64,000 nt of DNA from Bacteroidales bacterium (GTDB lineage Bacteria > Bacteroidota > Bacteroidia > Bacteroidales > VadinHA17), in NCBI GenBank assembly GCA_046329885.1, contig JAXLTU010000010.1, positions 23,734 through 87,733 on the forward strand, read 5' to 3'. Positions within the stretch are counted from its first letter, which is position 1. Every line of letters begins with the position of its first letter. The position numbers were made by a program, and so were the translations under genes. Shown in pieces: positions 28,526 through 37,029 of the stretch. The notes beneath the pieces are model-generated. The model had not been told where the DNA came from. It was given only the letters and a program-made list of their open reading frames with translations, and did not search any database.

Positions 28526-29911
28526 TTACTCGTACCTTAATGATTCAATCGGGTCTCTCTCTGATGCCCTTTTTGCCGGTGAATACCCGAAAATAACTCC
28601 GACAGCTGCTGATACTCCAAACGCGATGAACACGGAGAAGAAGGAAACGATGGTCATGATACCCGCTATCTGCTCAATCAGTTTAGCCATGATAACACCC
28701 AGGAAGACTCCGATGAAACCTCCCGAGATACTTATCAGAACTGCTTCTGAAAGGAATTGAACGACGATGTCCATCTTCTTAGCACCAATGGCCATCCTGG
28801 TTCCGATTTCTTTAATCCTTTCCATAACCGAGGCAAACATGATATTCATGATTCCTATACCTCCAACCACCAGCGATATACTGGCGATTGCTCCAAGCAC
28901 TATGTTAAAAATATCCTTTGTTCTCTGCTGCTGTTTGAGCAGAAGCTCGGGAACCGTTATCTCGAAGTCCTTCACGTTGCTGTGACGCCTGGTCAACATG
29001 CGGCTCAATATTTCAGTGGTCGGGGTGAGTTGTTCCGTTTCATTAACCTGGACGACTATCCTGTCGAGCTGGTTATAGTTGGTTTCAACATCGGAATTGG
29101 CATCGGATGAGCTGACAACAACTCTTGCCATGCCGCCCATACCCGGACCTCCAAAAAATGATACTGACGAAGCTTCAGAAACCATTTTCGTGTTCACGAG
29201 AGCCCTGTTCTGGTAACGCAGCAACATCGTCTGGATAGGGATATAGATATTATCGTTATATACGTTAACCCCTTTCTCCTCGAACCCGGTGAGGGTAACA
29301 GTAGTCTTCTGGAGGACGCCGATAACTTTCAGCCAAATACCATTAAACTTGATGTACTGCCCGATAGGGTCGACGTTACTGAAAAACTTCGCCCTGATGT
29401 TCGCGCCGATTATACATACCTGAATTCCATTTTCTTCCTGGTACCTGTTAAATATTGTCCCACTCAGAAGAGGAAGGTTATAGAGGTGAAAATAGTCGTT
29501 TGAAACGCCAACCAGCTTGGCAGTGTACTTCTTGCCGTTTAGCATGGCTGTCGAGTTAAATGATATCTCGGGGCTGATCCTTTTAACTGAAGGAAGAGTC
29601 TGTTTTATCGCCTCAACATCAAGCATCGTGAGACCGCGTGAGAATTTCTTCTGCTGTTTCTCACCCTCGTCAGTTGAAGAAGAAGACTTATCGGGTATGA
29701 CAGGGTTCACCAGTATATTATTGACCCCTACCATCTTCATCTGCTCGAGGATCTCCTGTTTCGCGCCCTTACCAATAGCAAGCATGGCAATAACCGCGGC
29801 CACACCGAAGATAATCCCGAGAGCCGTCAGTATCGATTTAAGCTTGTTGGATATTATTGATTCAACAGCTATCTCGATATCGTGAAAATATCTGAAAAAG
29901 AATTTAATCAT
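28526..29911 (-). CDS. MacB/FtsX-type ABC transporter permease (no ATPase domain)
   Basis: 461 aa. It has an N-terminal TM (KSILTALGIIFGVAAVIAMLAIG), a large periplasmic domain and a C-terminal FtsX bundle ending PAKRASERDPIESLRYE. Confidence 0.85.
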   Translation of the reverse strand: MIKFFFRYFHDIEIAVESIISNKLKSILTALGIIFGVAAVIAMLAIGKGAKQEILEQMKMVGVNNILVNPVIPDKSSSSTDEGEKQQKKFSRGLTMLDVEAIKQTLPSVKRISPEISFNSTAMLNGKKYTAKLVGVSNDYFHLYNLPLLSGTIFNRYQEENGIQVCIIGANIRAKFFSNVDPIGQYIKFNGIWLKVIGVLQKTTVTLTGFEEKGVNVYNDNIYIPIQTMLLRYQNRALVNTKMVSEASSVSFFGGPGMGGMARVVVSSSDANSDVETNYNQLDRIVVQVNETEQLTPTTEILSRMLTRRHSNVKDFEITVPELLLKQQQRTKDIFNIVLGAIASISLVVGGIGIMNIMFASVMERIKEIGTRMAIGAKKMDIVVQFLSEAVLISISGGFIGVFLGVIMAKLIEQIAGIMTIVSFFSVFIAFGVSAAVGVIFGYSPAKRASERDPIESLRYE

Positions 29912-29949
29912 CTTGTTTCAAATTAATCTGTTTAGAAACTTGGGATCTG

Positions 29950-31677
29950 CTATTCGGGAAGTTGTCTTACAACAGGCTGCTGGTTCTGCTGCTGGGTGTT
30001 CATCCTTCTGCGTGCCGAAGTATCCCTTTGTCCGCCACCCTGCTGGCCGTTACGGAACTGCTGGAACATACGGCGCATGCCGGCTGTATCCCCGCTTTCT
30101 CGCATCTGCTGAATCCTGCGTCTCATGGCTGTATCACCTCTCATGCCACCCTGGCCGCCTCCAAAATTGCCGCCCATTCTCTGCGTGGCATTTGTCTGAC
30201 CAGCCTGGTTCGTAGCACCGCCGGTTCCTCTCTGCATATTCTGCATACCACCACCCTGGTTGTTTCCGCCGCCTCCCATCATCTGGAAGTTCATGCCACC
30301 CTGGCCAAAACCGCCTCCGCCGAAGCCGCCCATCCTTGACTTGTTGGCTGCTGCCTCTTCGGCTTCACGCCTTAGTTTCAATTCTTCCTCTTTTTTGAGT
30401 CTTTCCCTTTCCTTGATCACAGGAATAAGATCCTCGCCGACAAGTCTGAACCTGGTTGGATCTTCCGGTGTGCTCAGGTAAACAACTTCACCTTCTTCAA
30501 GACCCTTTTCAACAATCACGTTATTCTCGTTCGATTCACCTAACAGGACAACCTGCTTGTTCCCTTTCCTTGTATATACAAAAGGTATACTGTCTGTTCC
30601 AGCCTGAACGCATTCAAGCGGAATATATATCACATCGTTAATAGTCTTCGTTACTATTTTGTTCCCCGTGGTCATAGAAGGACGAAGCAGTGCAGGATCT
30701 GACCCGTCAACCTTAACAATGACCTCGAATACTTTCGCATCAGTGTTAGGCAGCTGCTCGCCAATGTTAGCGACACTTGTAACAACACCTGTATAAGCTC
30801 TTTCCGGGAAAGCATCAACTACTATATCAACTTTCTGCTGGGGTTTAATCTTCGATACATCAATCTCGTTAACATAAGTTTTTGATATCATCGTGGTCAT
30901 ATCTGGGAGTGTTGCAACAACGGGATCCCAAGGGCTGATAGATGAACCAACTTTTCTCTTTGTTCCGGTCCTGTCGCGCTTGTATATAACCATACCATCC
31001 GAAGGAGCGGTTATGATGAATCGTGAAAGAAGCTTCTGGATGTCGGCAACACGCTGGCGCTGCTCTGAAATCTGGCGCTGCTGGTTTCTAACGTCCGATT
31101 TGGCCTGCTCAACCCTGAGAGTGTAACCACGCAATGCCTGTTCAAGATTCCTCTTTGCCTTGTCAAGCGAAATCTCTGCCTGGCGGATGGTGGTGGGAGG
31201 CTCAAATTTTGATTGCTGGAGTGTTATAGCTGCTTCTTCAACCGAATAGTTCAGGTTTTTAATGTTATCCCTCAGGTTGCTGAGAGTAACTGCAGTGTCA
31301 AGTATTTTTACCTCGAGGTTGGTTTCGTAGGTGTTAAGCCTGTCAAGCTCGTCCTTGAGGGTATTATCAAATGAGGTCCTGTCGAGTGTTGCAACATAAT
31401 CGCCGCTCTTAACTTCTGTTCCCTCGGCTACAAGATCCTGAATCTTGATATCCATCGACCTGACGTTCCTGCTTTCCGTGAATTCAGGCCCCCTGATATC
31501 CATCGAATTTTCGGCCTGCAATTCACCAGTCGTGGTGACAACAATATCGAAACTCCCTTTTTCGGCCTTCGCGTAAAGATTTAGCACGTCTTTCTTCGAA
31601 CTAATTCTTTGAAAAATGATTATCCCGATTATTGCCACAACCAGTATAATACCTGAAATAATGATTGTCTTTTTCAT
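29950..31677 (-). CDS. efflux periplasmic adaptor (HlyD/MFP family) with a 127-aa Gly/Gln/Met/Arg-rich C-terminal tail
   Basis: 575 aa. It has an N-terminal TM, a coiled-coil hairpin, ITAPSDGMVIY and a beta-barrel region. From residue ~449 the sequence becomes low-complexity (MGGFGGGGFGQGGMNFQMMGGGGNNQGGGMQNMQRG...). Confidence 0.8.
   Translation of the reverse strand: MKKTIIISGIILVVAIIGIIIFQRISSKKDVLNLYAKAEKGSFDIVVTTTGELQAENSMDIRGPEFTESRNVRSMDIKIQDLVAEGTEVKSGDYVATLDRTSFDNTLKDELDRLNTYETNLEVKILDTAVTLSNLRDNIKNLNYSVEEAAITLQQSKFEPPTTIRQAEISLDKAKRNLEQALRGYTLRVEQAKSDVRNQQRQISEQRQRVADIQKLLSRFIITAPSDGMVIYKRDRTGTKRKVGSSISPWDPVVATLPDMTTMISKTYVNEIDVSKIKPQQKVDIVVDAFPERAYTGVVTSVANIGEQLPNTDAKVFEVIVKVDGSDPALLRPSMTTGNKIVTKTINDVIYIPLECVQAGTDSIPFVYTRKGNKQVVLLGESNENNVIVEKGLEEGEVVYLSTPEDPTRFRLVGEDLIPVIKERERLKKEEELKLRREAEEAAANKSRMGGFGGGGFGQGGMNFQMMGGGGNNQGGGMQNMQRGTGGATNQAGQTNATQRMGGNFGGGQGGMRGDTAMRRRIQQMRESGDTAGMRRMFQQFRNGQQGGGQRDTSARRRMNTQQQNQQPVVRQLPE
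29953..30333 (-). other. low-complexity coding segment (G/Q/M/R/N-rich tail of the adaptor protein)
   Basis: The DNA contains repeated CATGCCACCCTGGCC units at about 30142 and 30291. The peptide repeats are GDTAMRRR and GDTAGMRRM. Plus-strand ORFs across this segment are artefacts. Confidence 0.8.
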
Positions 31678-31859
31678 CTGTTATAGTGTTTCTATTGAAT
31701 CCTTTTTTTAAATCAGCCACGAAAGTATTAAAAAACGAAGTGACTAATTGCTCATTAACAAATCTTTAACAATAATTAACAACGCCAGAGCTTTGGCTCC
31801 AGAGTTAAAGACACTTAACCCGATTGTTTTATTCCACCGATTGAAAAAAAGGATCTGAA

Positions 31860-33239
31860 TTAATGTTTTTTAACATAATCAGAAATGATATCAGCGTATC
31901 TGTCAGCTTCTTCCTCGCTTCTGCCCTCTGAGTAGATCCTTAATATCGGTTCTGTATTTGATTTACGTATATGCACCCAGCCATGATCGAAATCAATCCT
32001 GATACCATCCCTGTCATCTATCTTTTCATTTCTGAAATGATCTTTAACCGACACTAGCAGCTTATCGGTATCGGTGCCTGCCACCAGGGTCACTTTACGT
32101 TTTGACATCACATACGAAGGGTAGGTACTCCTCAAACTGCTGCAGCTGATTCCCTTCTCTGCCATGAGCGTGAGGAACAACGCTATACCTGCAAGGGCAT
32201 CCCTCCCGTAATGAAGAGCGGGATAAATAACTCCACCATTACCTTCACCCCCAATTACCGCGGATCGTCTTTTCATTTCTTCCACCACGTTGACTTCCCC
32301 TACCGCCGATGAATAATACGTGCATCCATGTTTTTCGGTCACGTCCTTCAGTGCTCTTGAAGAAGACATGTTTGAGACAGTGGATCCTTTGACTTTGGAT
32401 AATATATAATCTGATATAGCAACAAGGGTATACTCTTCGCCAAACATCTTGCCATCTTCGCTAATAAATGCCAGGCGGTCAACATCGGGATCGACAACAA
32501 ATCCAATATCTGCACCGATCTCCTTAACTGCATTCATAATCCCATCCAGGTGCTCTGCCAGTGGTTCCGGATTGTGAGCAAAATTACCGTCAGGTTTTCC
32601 ATTCAACAGGGTAACTTTCTTCACACCAAGACGCTCCAGAAGTTCCGGAATTATCAGCCCGCCTACAGAGTTTATACAATCAACAACAACATTAAACCCT
32701 GCCTTTCTTATGAGATCGGTATCAACTGTATCAAGGCCTGCAATCAGATCTATGTGCTTCCTGTTCCATGTGTCGTCGCGGGTGTACGTTCCGCATGAGT
32801 CATGAGTCGAATATTCAATATTCCCCGATTCGGCAAGGAACAAAACCTCCTCGCCATCTGAAGCTGAAAGAAACTCTCCATTACTGTTTAGAAGTTTCAA
32901 GGCGTTCCAGTTCGCAGGGTTATGACTGGCTGTGAGAATGATACCCCCGTTTGCCCCGGTTCCGCTCACCGCAACCTCCACGGTTGGTGTTGTCGAGTGT
33001 CCAAGATCCGTCACGTCGATCCCAATCATCCTGAGCGTGTTAACAACCAGGTTACTGACCATTTCACCGGTGGTTCTGCCGTCGCGGCCAACAACCACTC
33101 TGAGCCTGCCCTGGTTATGTTTCTTTACCCACGATCCATAGCCGGCTGTGAATTTTATTATATCGGGTGGTGTCAGGCAATCGCCCTGTTTCCCCCCGAT
33201 AGTACCCCTTATACCTGATATTGATTTAATGAGAGTCAT
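31860..33239 (-). CDS. glmM: phosphoglucosamine mutase
   Basis: 459 aa. The phosphoserine loop is GIILTASHNPANWNALK, the Mg loop is GFVVDPDVDR, and GEGNGG is present. The size is typical of the Bacteroidota enzyme. Confidence 0.85.
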   Translation of the reverse strand: MTLIKSISGIRGTIGGKQGDCLTPPDIIKFTAGYGSWVKKHNQGRLRVVVGRDGRTTGEMVSNLVVNTLRMIGIDVTDLGHSTTPTVEVAVSGTGANGGIILTASHNPANWNALKLLNSNGEFLSASDGEEVLFLAESGNIEYSTHDSCGTYTRDDTWNRKHIDLIAGLDTVDTDLIRKAGFNVVVDCINSVGGLIIPELLERLGVKKVTLLNGKPDGNFAHNPEPLAEHLDGIMNAVKEIGADIGFVVDPDVDRLAFISEDGKMFGEEYTLVAISDYILSKVKGSTVSNMSSSRALKDVTEKHGCTYYSSAVGEVNVVEEMKRRSAVIGGEGNGGVIYPALHYGRDALAGIALFLTLMAEKGISCSSLRSTYPSYVMSKRKVTLVAGTDTDKLLVSVKDHFRNEKIDDRDGIRIDFDHGWVHIRKSNTEPILRIYSEGRSEEEADRYADIISDYVKKH

Positions 33240-33306
33240 AGAAGTCTGATTTAGTGCGACAAAGTTGCAAAAAAAAGTCTAAACCCGGAAAATCATCAAT
33301 TAATTG

Positions 33307-33314
33307 TACCTTTG
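33307..33314 (+). promoter_or_regulatory. candidate -7 promoter box (TACCTTTG) for the pseudouridine synthase gene
   Basis: Exact TAnnTTTG match 23 nt upstream of the ATG at 33337. This is a motif match only. Confidence 0.35.
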
Positions 33315-33336
33315 CACTTTCTGAAAACAAAGCAAA

Positions 33337-34257
33337 ATGAGAAGGACCGGGATGGGACATGATGGCACGAGGGAGAACCGCGGGGGAAAAACCCCCGGCA
33401 GGTCATTCGGTAGTACCGGGAGACAGGATGGACGTAACAGGAGGGGTACGGGCAAATATATGGATGACAGACCATCGAGACCGGCAAGATCAAACAGCGC
33501 TTCGGGCAAGGCAGATAAAACAACCCGGAAAGCAGAAGAACAAGGTCTCGTGAGACTGAACAGGTTCATAGCTGCAAGCGGAGTTTGTTCAAGACGAGAA
33601 GCTGATGAAATAATAAAAAGGGGTGAAATATCAGTGAATGGTAAGCCCGTAACCGACATGGGGACAAAGGTAAACAGTACCGATGATGTTCGTTACAAGG
33701 GAAAGAAACTGAGCTCGGAGAAACTAGTCTACGTGTTGTTAAACAAGCCGAAAGACTACGTGACAACGGTCGAGGACCCTCATGCTGATAAAACAGTTAT
33801 TGATCTCGTCGGGAAAGAAGTGACTGAAAGAATCTACCCGGTTGGCCGGCTTGACAAATCGACAACAGGTGTTCTTCTCCTGACCAATGATGGTGAGCTT
33901 GCAGGACGGTTGATGCATCCAAGATACAAGAGAAAGAAGATCTACCATGTGTGGCTCGACAGGGATGTGACCTGGAACGATATTAACGCTATTGCCGAGG
34001 GTATTGACCTGGAAGGCGAGGTTATTGCAGCTGATTCGGTTGCCTATGCAGACGAGAACGACAAGAGTCAGGTTGGCATCGAAATCCACTCCGGGCAGAA
34101 CAGGGTTGTAAGGAGGATCTTTGAAAAGCTTGGTTACAAGGTCAAGAAGCTCGACAGGGTGTACTTCGCGGGTCTGACCAAGAAAAATCTTCCCAGGGGC
34201 AAATGGAGGTTTCTCTCCGACAAGGAAATAGCGATGCTAAAAAGGGGTATCTTTTAA
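33337..34257 (+). CDS. rluB: RluB/RsuA-family pseudouridine synthase with Arg/Gly-rich N-terminal extension
   Basis: 306 aa. The S4 domain is RLNRFIAASGVCSRREADEII and the catalytic motif is GRLDKSTTGVLLLTNDGEL. The first ~70 aa are basic and low-complexity. Confidence 0.85.
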   Translation: MRRTGMGHDGTRENRGGKTPGRSFGSTGRQDGRNRRGTGKYMDDRPSRPARSNSASGKADKTTRKAEEQGLVRLNRFIAASGVCSRREADEIIKRGEISVNGKPVTDMGTKVNSTDDVRYKGKKLSSEKLVYVLLNKPKDYVTTVEDPHADKTVIDLVGKEVTERIYPVGRLDKSTTGVLLLTNDGELAGRLMHPRYKRKKIYHVWLDRDVTWNDINAIAEGIDLEGEVIAADSVAYADENDKSQVGIEIHSGQNRVVRRIFEKLGYKVKKLDRVYFAGLTKKNLPRGKWRFLSDKEIAMLKRGIF

Positions 34258-34267
34258 TCCGGATAAT

Positions 34268-35146
34268 ATGAAGCACAAATCTGGATTCGTTAATATACTT
34301 GGAAATCCCAACGTTGGGAAGTCGACTATCATGAACGCTCTCATTGGAGAGAGACTGTCCATCATCACTCCCAAGGCCCAGACAACACGACACAGGATAC
34401 TTGGGATTCTGAACGGTGATGATTACCAGATAGTTTATTCAGACACACCGGGGATACTGAAACCCATGTACAAGCTTCACGAGTCGATGATGGGTTACGT
34501 GAATTCTGCTTTGTCGGATGCCGACATCATAATTTACGTTACTGATGTTACTGAAAAGGCTGACCCAGATGGGGATTACCTGATGAAAATCAGGAACAAG
34601 GGATTACCGGTTATAATAGTGATAAATAAAATAGATCTGACAAACCAGGAAGAACTTGAGAAGCTTGTTGGCACGTGGCACGAGGCATTCAAGGAGTCTG
34701 ACATTATACCGGTATCTGCAATAAAAAATTATAACCTCGATTACCTGTTGAAGTCGATCCTCTCGAGGCTCCCGGAAGGAGAACCGTATTTCCCCAAAGA
34801 TCAGCTTACTGACAGGTACGAAAGGTTCTTCGCATCGGAGATAATAAGGGAAAAGATACTGTTAAATTACCAGAAGGAAATCCCCTATTCGGTTGAAATA
34901 GAAATAGAAAGTTTCGTTGATGAACCAGGGAGGAGCAACATTAGAGCTATTATCCACGTTGCCAGGGATAGTCAGAAAGGGATAATCATCGGGCACCGGG
35001 GCCAGATGTTAAAAAAGGTCGGGACGGAGTCAAGATTAGAATTGGAGGAATTCCTGGGCCGAAAAGTTTTCCTCGAGCTTCACGTCAAGGTAAACAAGGA
35101 CTGGAGAAACAAAAGTTTAGCATTGAAAAGATTCGGATACAGTTAA
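34268..35146 (+). CDS. era: GTPase Era
   Basis: 292 aa. G1 is GNPNVGKST, G3 is DTPG and G4 is NKID. The C-terminal KH domain has ERFFASEIIREK. Confidence 0.93.
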   Translation: MKHKSGFVNILGNPNVGKSTIMNALIGERLSIITPKAQTTRHRILGILNGDDYQIVYSDTPGILKPMYKLHESMMGYVNSALSDADIIIYVTDVTEKADPDGDYLMKIRNKGLPVIIVINKIDLTNQEELEKLVGTWHEAFKESDIIPVSAIKNYNLDYLLKSILSRLPEGEPYFPKDQLTDRYERFFASEIIREKILLNYQKEIPYSVEIEIESFVDEPGRSNIRAIIHVARDSQKGIIIGHRGQMLKKVGTESRLELEEFLGRKVFLELHVKVNKDWRNKSLALKRFGYS

Positions 35147-35152
35147 AAAGAG

Positions 35153-36457
35153 ATGAGTAATATAGTAGCGATAGTGGGAAGACCCAACGTTGGCAAATCA
35201 ACTTTATTCAACAGGCTCACCGAGAGCAGAAGTGCAATAGTTGATGAGGTGAGCGGGGTAACGCGCGACCGGAATTATGGCAAGGCGGTATGGAATGGAA
35301 TAGACTTTTCAGTAATTGACACTGGCGGTTATGTTGAAAACTCCGATGACATCTTCGAGGAGGAGATAAACAGGCAGGTAAGACTAGCCATTGAAGAAGC
35401 CGATGTGATACTCTTTATAACTGATGTAACAGTCGGGATTCACGACCTTGATAATTCGGTTGCAGAATTACTCAGGAAAAGCAGTAAAAAGGTCTGCCTG
35501 GTTGTTAACAAGGTTGATAATGGTGATAGGCTCAACGAGGCGACTGAGTTTTACAGCCTTGGTCTTGGCGACTATTTCCCGATAAGCTCGATGAATGGCA
35601 GCGGTACCGGTGAGCTTCTCGACGCGATTACTGCAAGTTTGAAACCAGCGTCATCAATTGATGAATCGGAGATACCACGAGTCGCGATAGTTGGCAGGCC
35701 AAATGTCGGGAAATCGTCCCTTATTAATTCCCTGCTTGGTGAAGACCGTAATATTGTAACACCTCTTGCCGGAACAACGAGAGATTCGATATATACCCGC
35801 TACAACAAGTTCAACAACGACTTTTACCTTGTTGATACTGCTGGTATCAGAAAGAAAAGCAAGGTTTCGGAGGATATTGAATTCTACTCGGTGATGAGAG
35901 CCGTGAAAGCGATTGAGAACGCGGATATCTGCCTCCTTCTTATTGATGCAACCAGGGGTATAGAAGCTCAGGATATAAATATTTTTTCGCTGATACAGAG
36001 GAACAACAAGGGATTAATCATACTTGTCAACAAATGGGACCTTGTCGAAAAGGATTCGAACACTATCGTGGAATTCGAGCAGGAGATAAGGAAAAAAACA
36101 GCCCCGTTCACAGATTACTACATGCTGTTCATTTCAGCCACCAACAAGCAGCGTATCCACAAGATACTCGAACTGATTATGAAGGTTAACGAAAACCGGA
36201 CGAGGAAGATCCCCACCGCGAAACTCAATGACGTGATGCTGGATGCAATAAAAGCCAATACCCCTCCATCAACCAAGGGTAAGCAAATAAAGATCAAGTA
36301 TGTCACCCAATTACCGACTTACACTCCCAATTTCGCGTTTTTTTGCAACCTCCCTCAGTACATAAAAGACCCGTACAAACGTTATCTCGAAAACAGGTTA
36401 AGGGAGAATTTCGAGTTTACCGGTGTACCTATTAAAATATTCTTCAGGAAAAAATAG
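35153..36457 (+). CDS. der: ribosome-biogenesis GTPase Der (EngA)
   Basis: 434 aa with two tandem G-domains ([14 protein letters not shown] and [14 protein letters not shown]) and a KH-like C-terminus. Confidence 0.93.
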   Translation: MSNIVAIVGRPNVGKSTLFNRLTESRSAIVDEVSGVTRDRNYGKAVWNGIDFSVIDTGGYVENSDDIFEEEINRQVRLAIEEADVILFITDVTVGIHDLDNSVAELLRKSSKKVCLVVNKVDNGDRLNEATEFYSLGLGDYFPISSMNGSGTGELLDAITASLKPASSIDESEIPRVAIVGRPNVGKSSLINSLLGEDRNIVTPLAGTTRDSIYTRYNKFNNDFYLVDTAGIRKKSKVSEDIEFYSVMRAVKAIENADICLLLIDATRGIEAQDINIFSLIQRNNKGLIILVNKWDLVEKDSNTIVEFEQEIRKKTAPFTDYYMLFISATNKQRIHKILELIMKVNENRTRKIPTAKLNDVMLDAIKANTPPSTKGKQIKIKYVTQLPTYTPNFAFFCNLPQYIKDPYKRYLENRLRENFEFTGVPIKIFFRKK

Positions 36458-36504
36458 TTTATTTTGGTAAGATTTTTGATGCATTCAGCAGAAAGAGCAG
36501 AAGG

Positions 36505-37029
36505 ATGAGATCAGGAAAATATATAACAGCAATCTTAATTGCAGCCGCTGTATCAGCTTGCGGGAAGATAGAAAAGCTTCCACCTGAACCTTCGATAAGT
36601 TTCACGAGTTTTGAAATTTTCGACTCGACCGACGTTCTTGGCAACATCAACAAGGCTGGTATACTAAAGTTTCATTTCCAGGATGGTGATGGTGACATTG
36701 GACTTAACGCCCCGGTCTCGTCTGAAGAGGATTCAATCAACCTGTTCCTGTCCGTTTTCAGGAAAACCAAATCAGGCTACTCGGTCATAATCTCTCCTGA
36801 AGATCCGTTGTACACGAGAGGCTATCGGATACCTTACATGGAAAGGGAAGGTCAGAATAAAATAATGAAAGGTACTATTTCGGTCACTTTCATGTATTTA
36901 TTCTTTGATCAGGGTGACACTATAAAATATGACTTTTACATAAAGGACAGGGCCGAGCACAGCAGCAACGTGGTTTCTACCTGCGATATAACCCTGGACA
37001 AGAATGGTATTTGCGGGCAGATGAATTAA
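36505..37029 (+). CDS. hypothetical lipoprotein
   Basis: 174 aa with a lipobox (ILIAAAVSACGK). I recognised no family. Its 3' end overlaps the convergent phosphatase gene by 4 nt. Confidence 0.55.
   Translation: MRSGKYITAILIAAAVSACGKIEKLPPEPSISFTSFEIFDSTDVLGNINKAGILKFHFQDGDGDIGLNAPVSSEEDSINLFLSVFRKTKSGYSVIISPEDPLYTRGYRIPYMEREGQNKIMKGTISVTFMYLFFDQGDTIKYDFYIKDRAEHSSNVVSTCDITLDKNGICGQMN

Noticed and set aside
29913-30641. Plus-strand ORFs of 61-125 aa rich in Pro, Ala, Ser and His opposite the adaptor gene tail
   Set aside because: They are antisense artefacts of the GGN/CAG/ATG-rich low-complexity coding segment of the 575-aa adaptor gene.
33296-33659. Minus-strand ORFs of 75 and 119 aa, plus a 64-aa plus-strand ORF, over the 5' end of the pseudouridine synthase gene
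   Set aside because: The plus-strand 306-aa frame runs continuously into clear S4 and catalytic motifs. The alternatives are by-products of the GC-rich Arg/Gly-coding extension.
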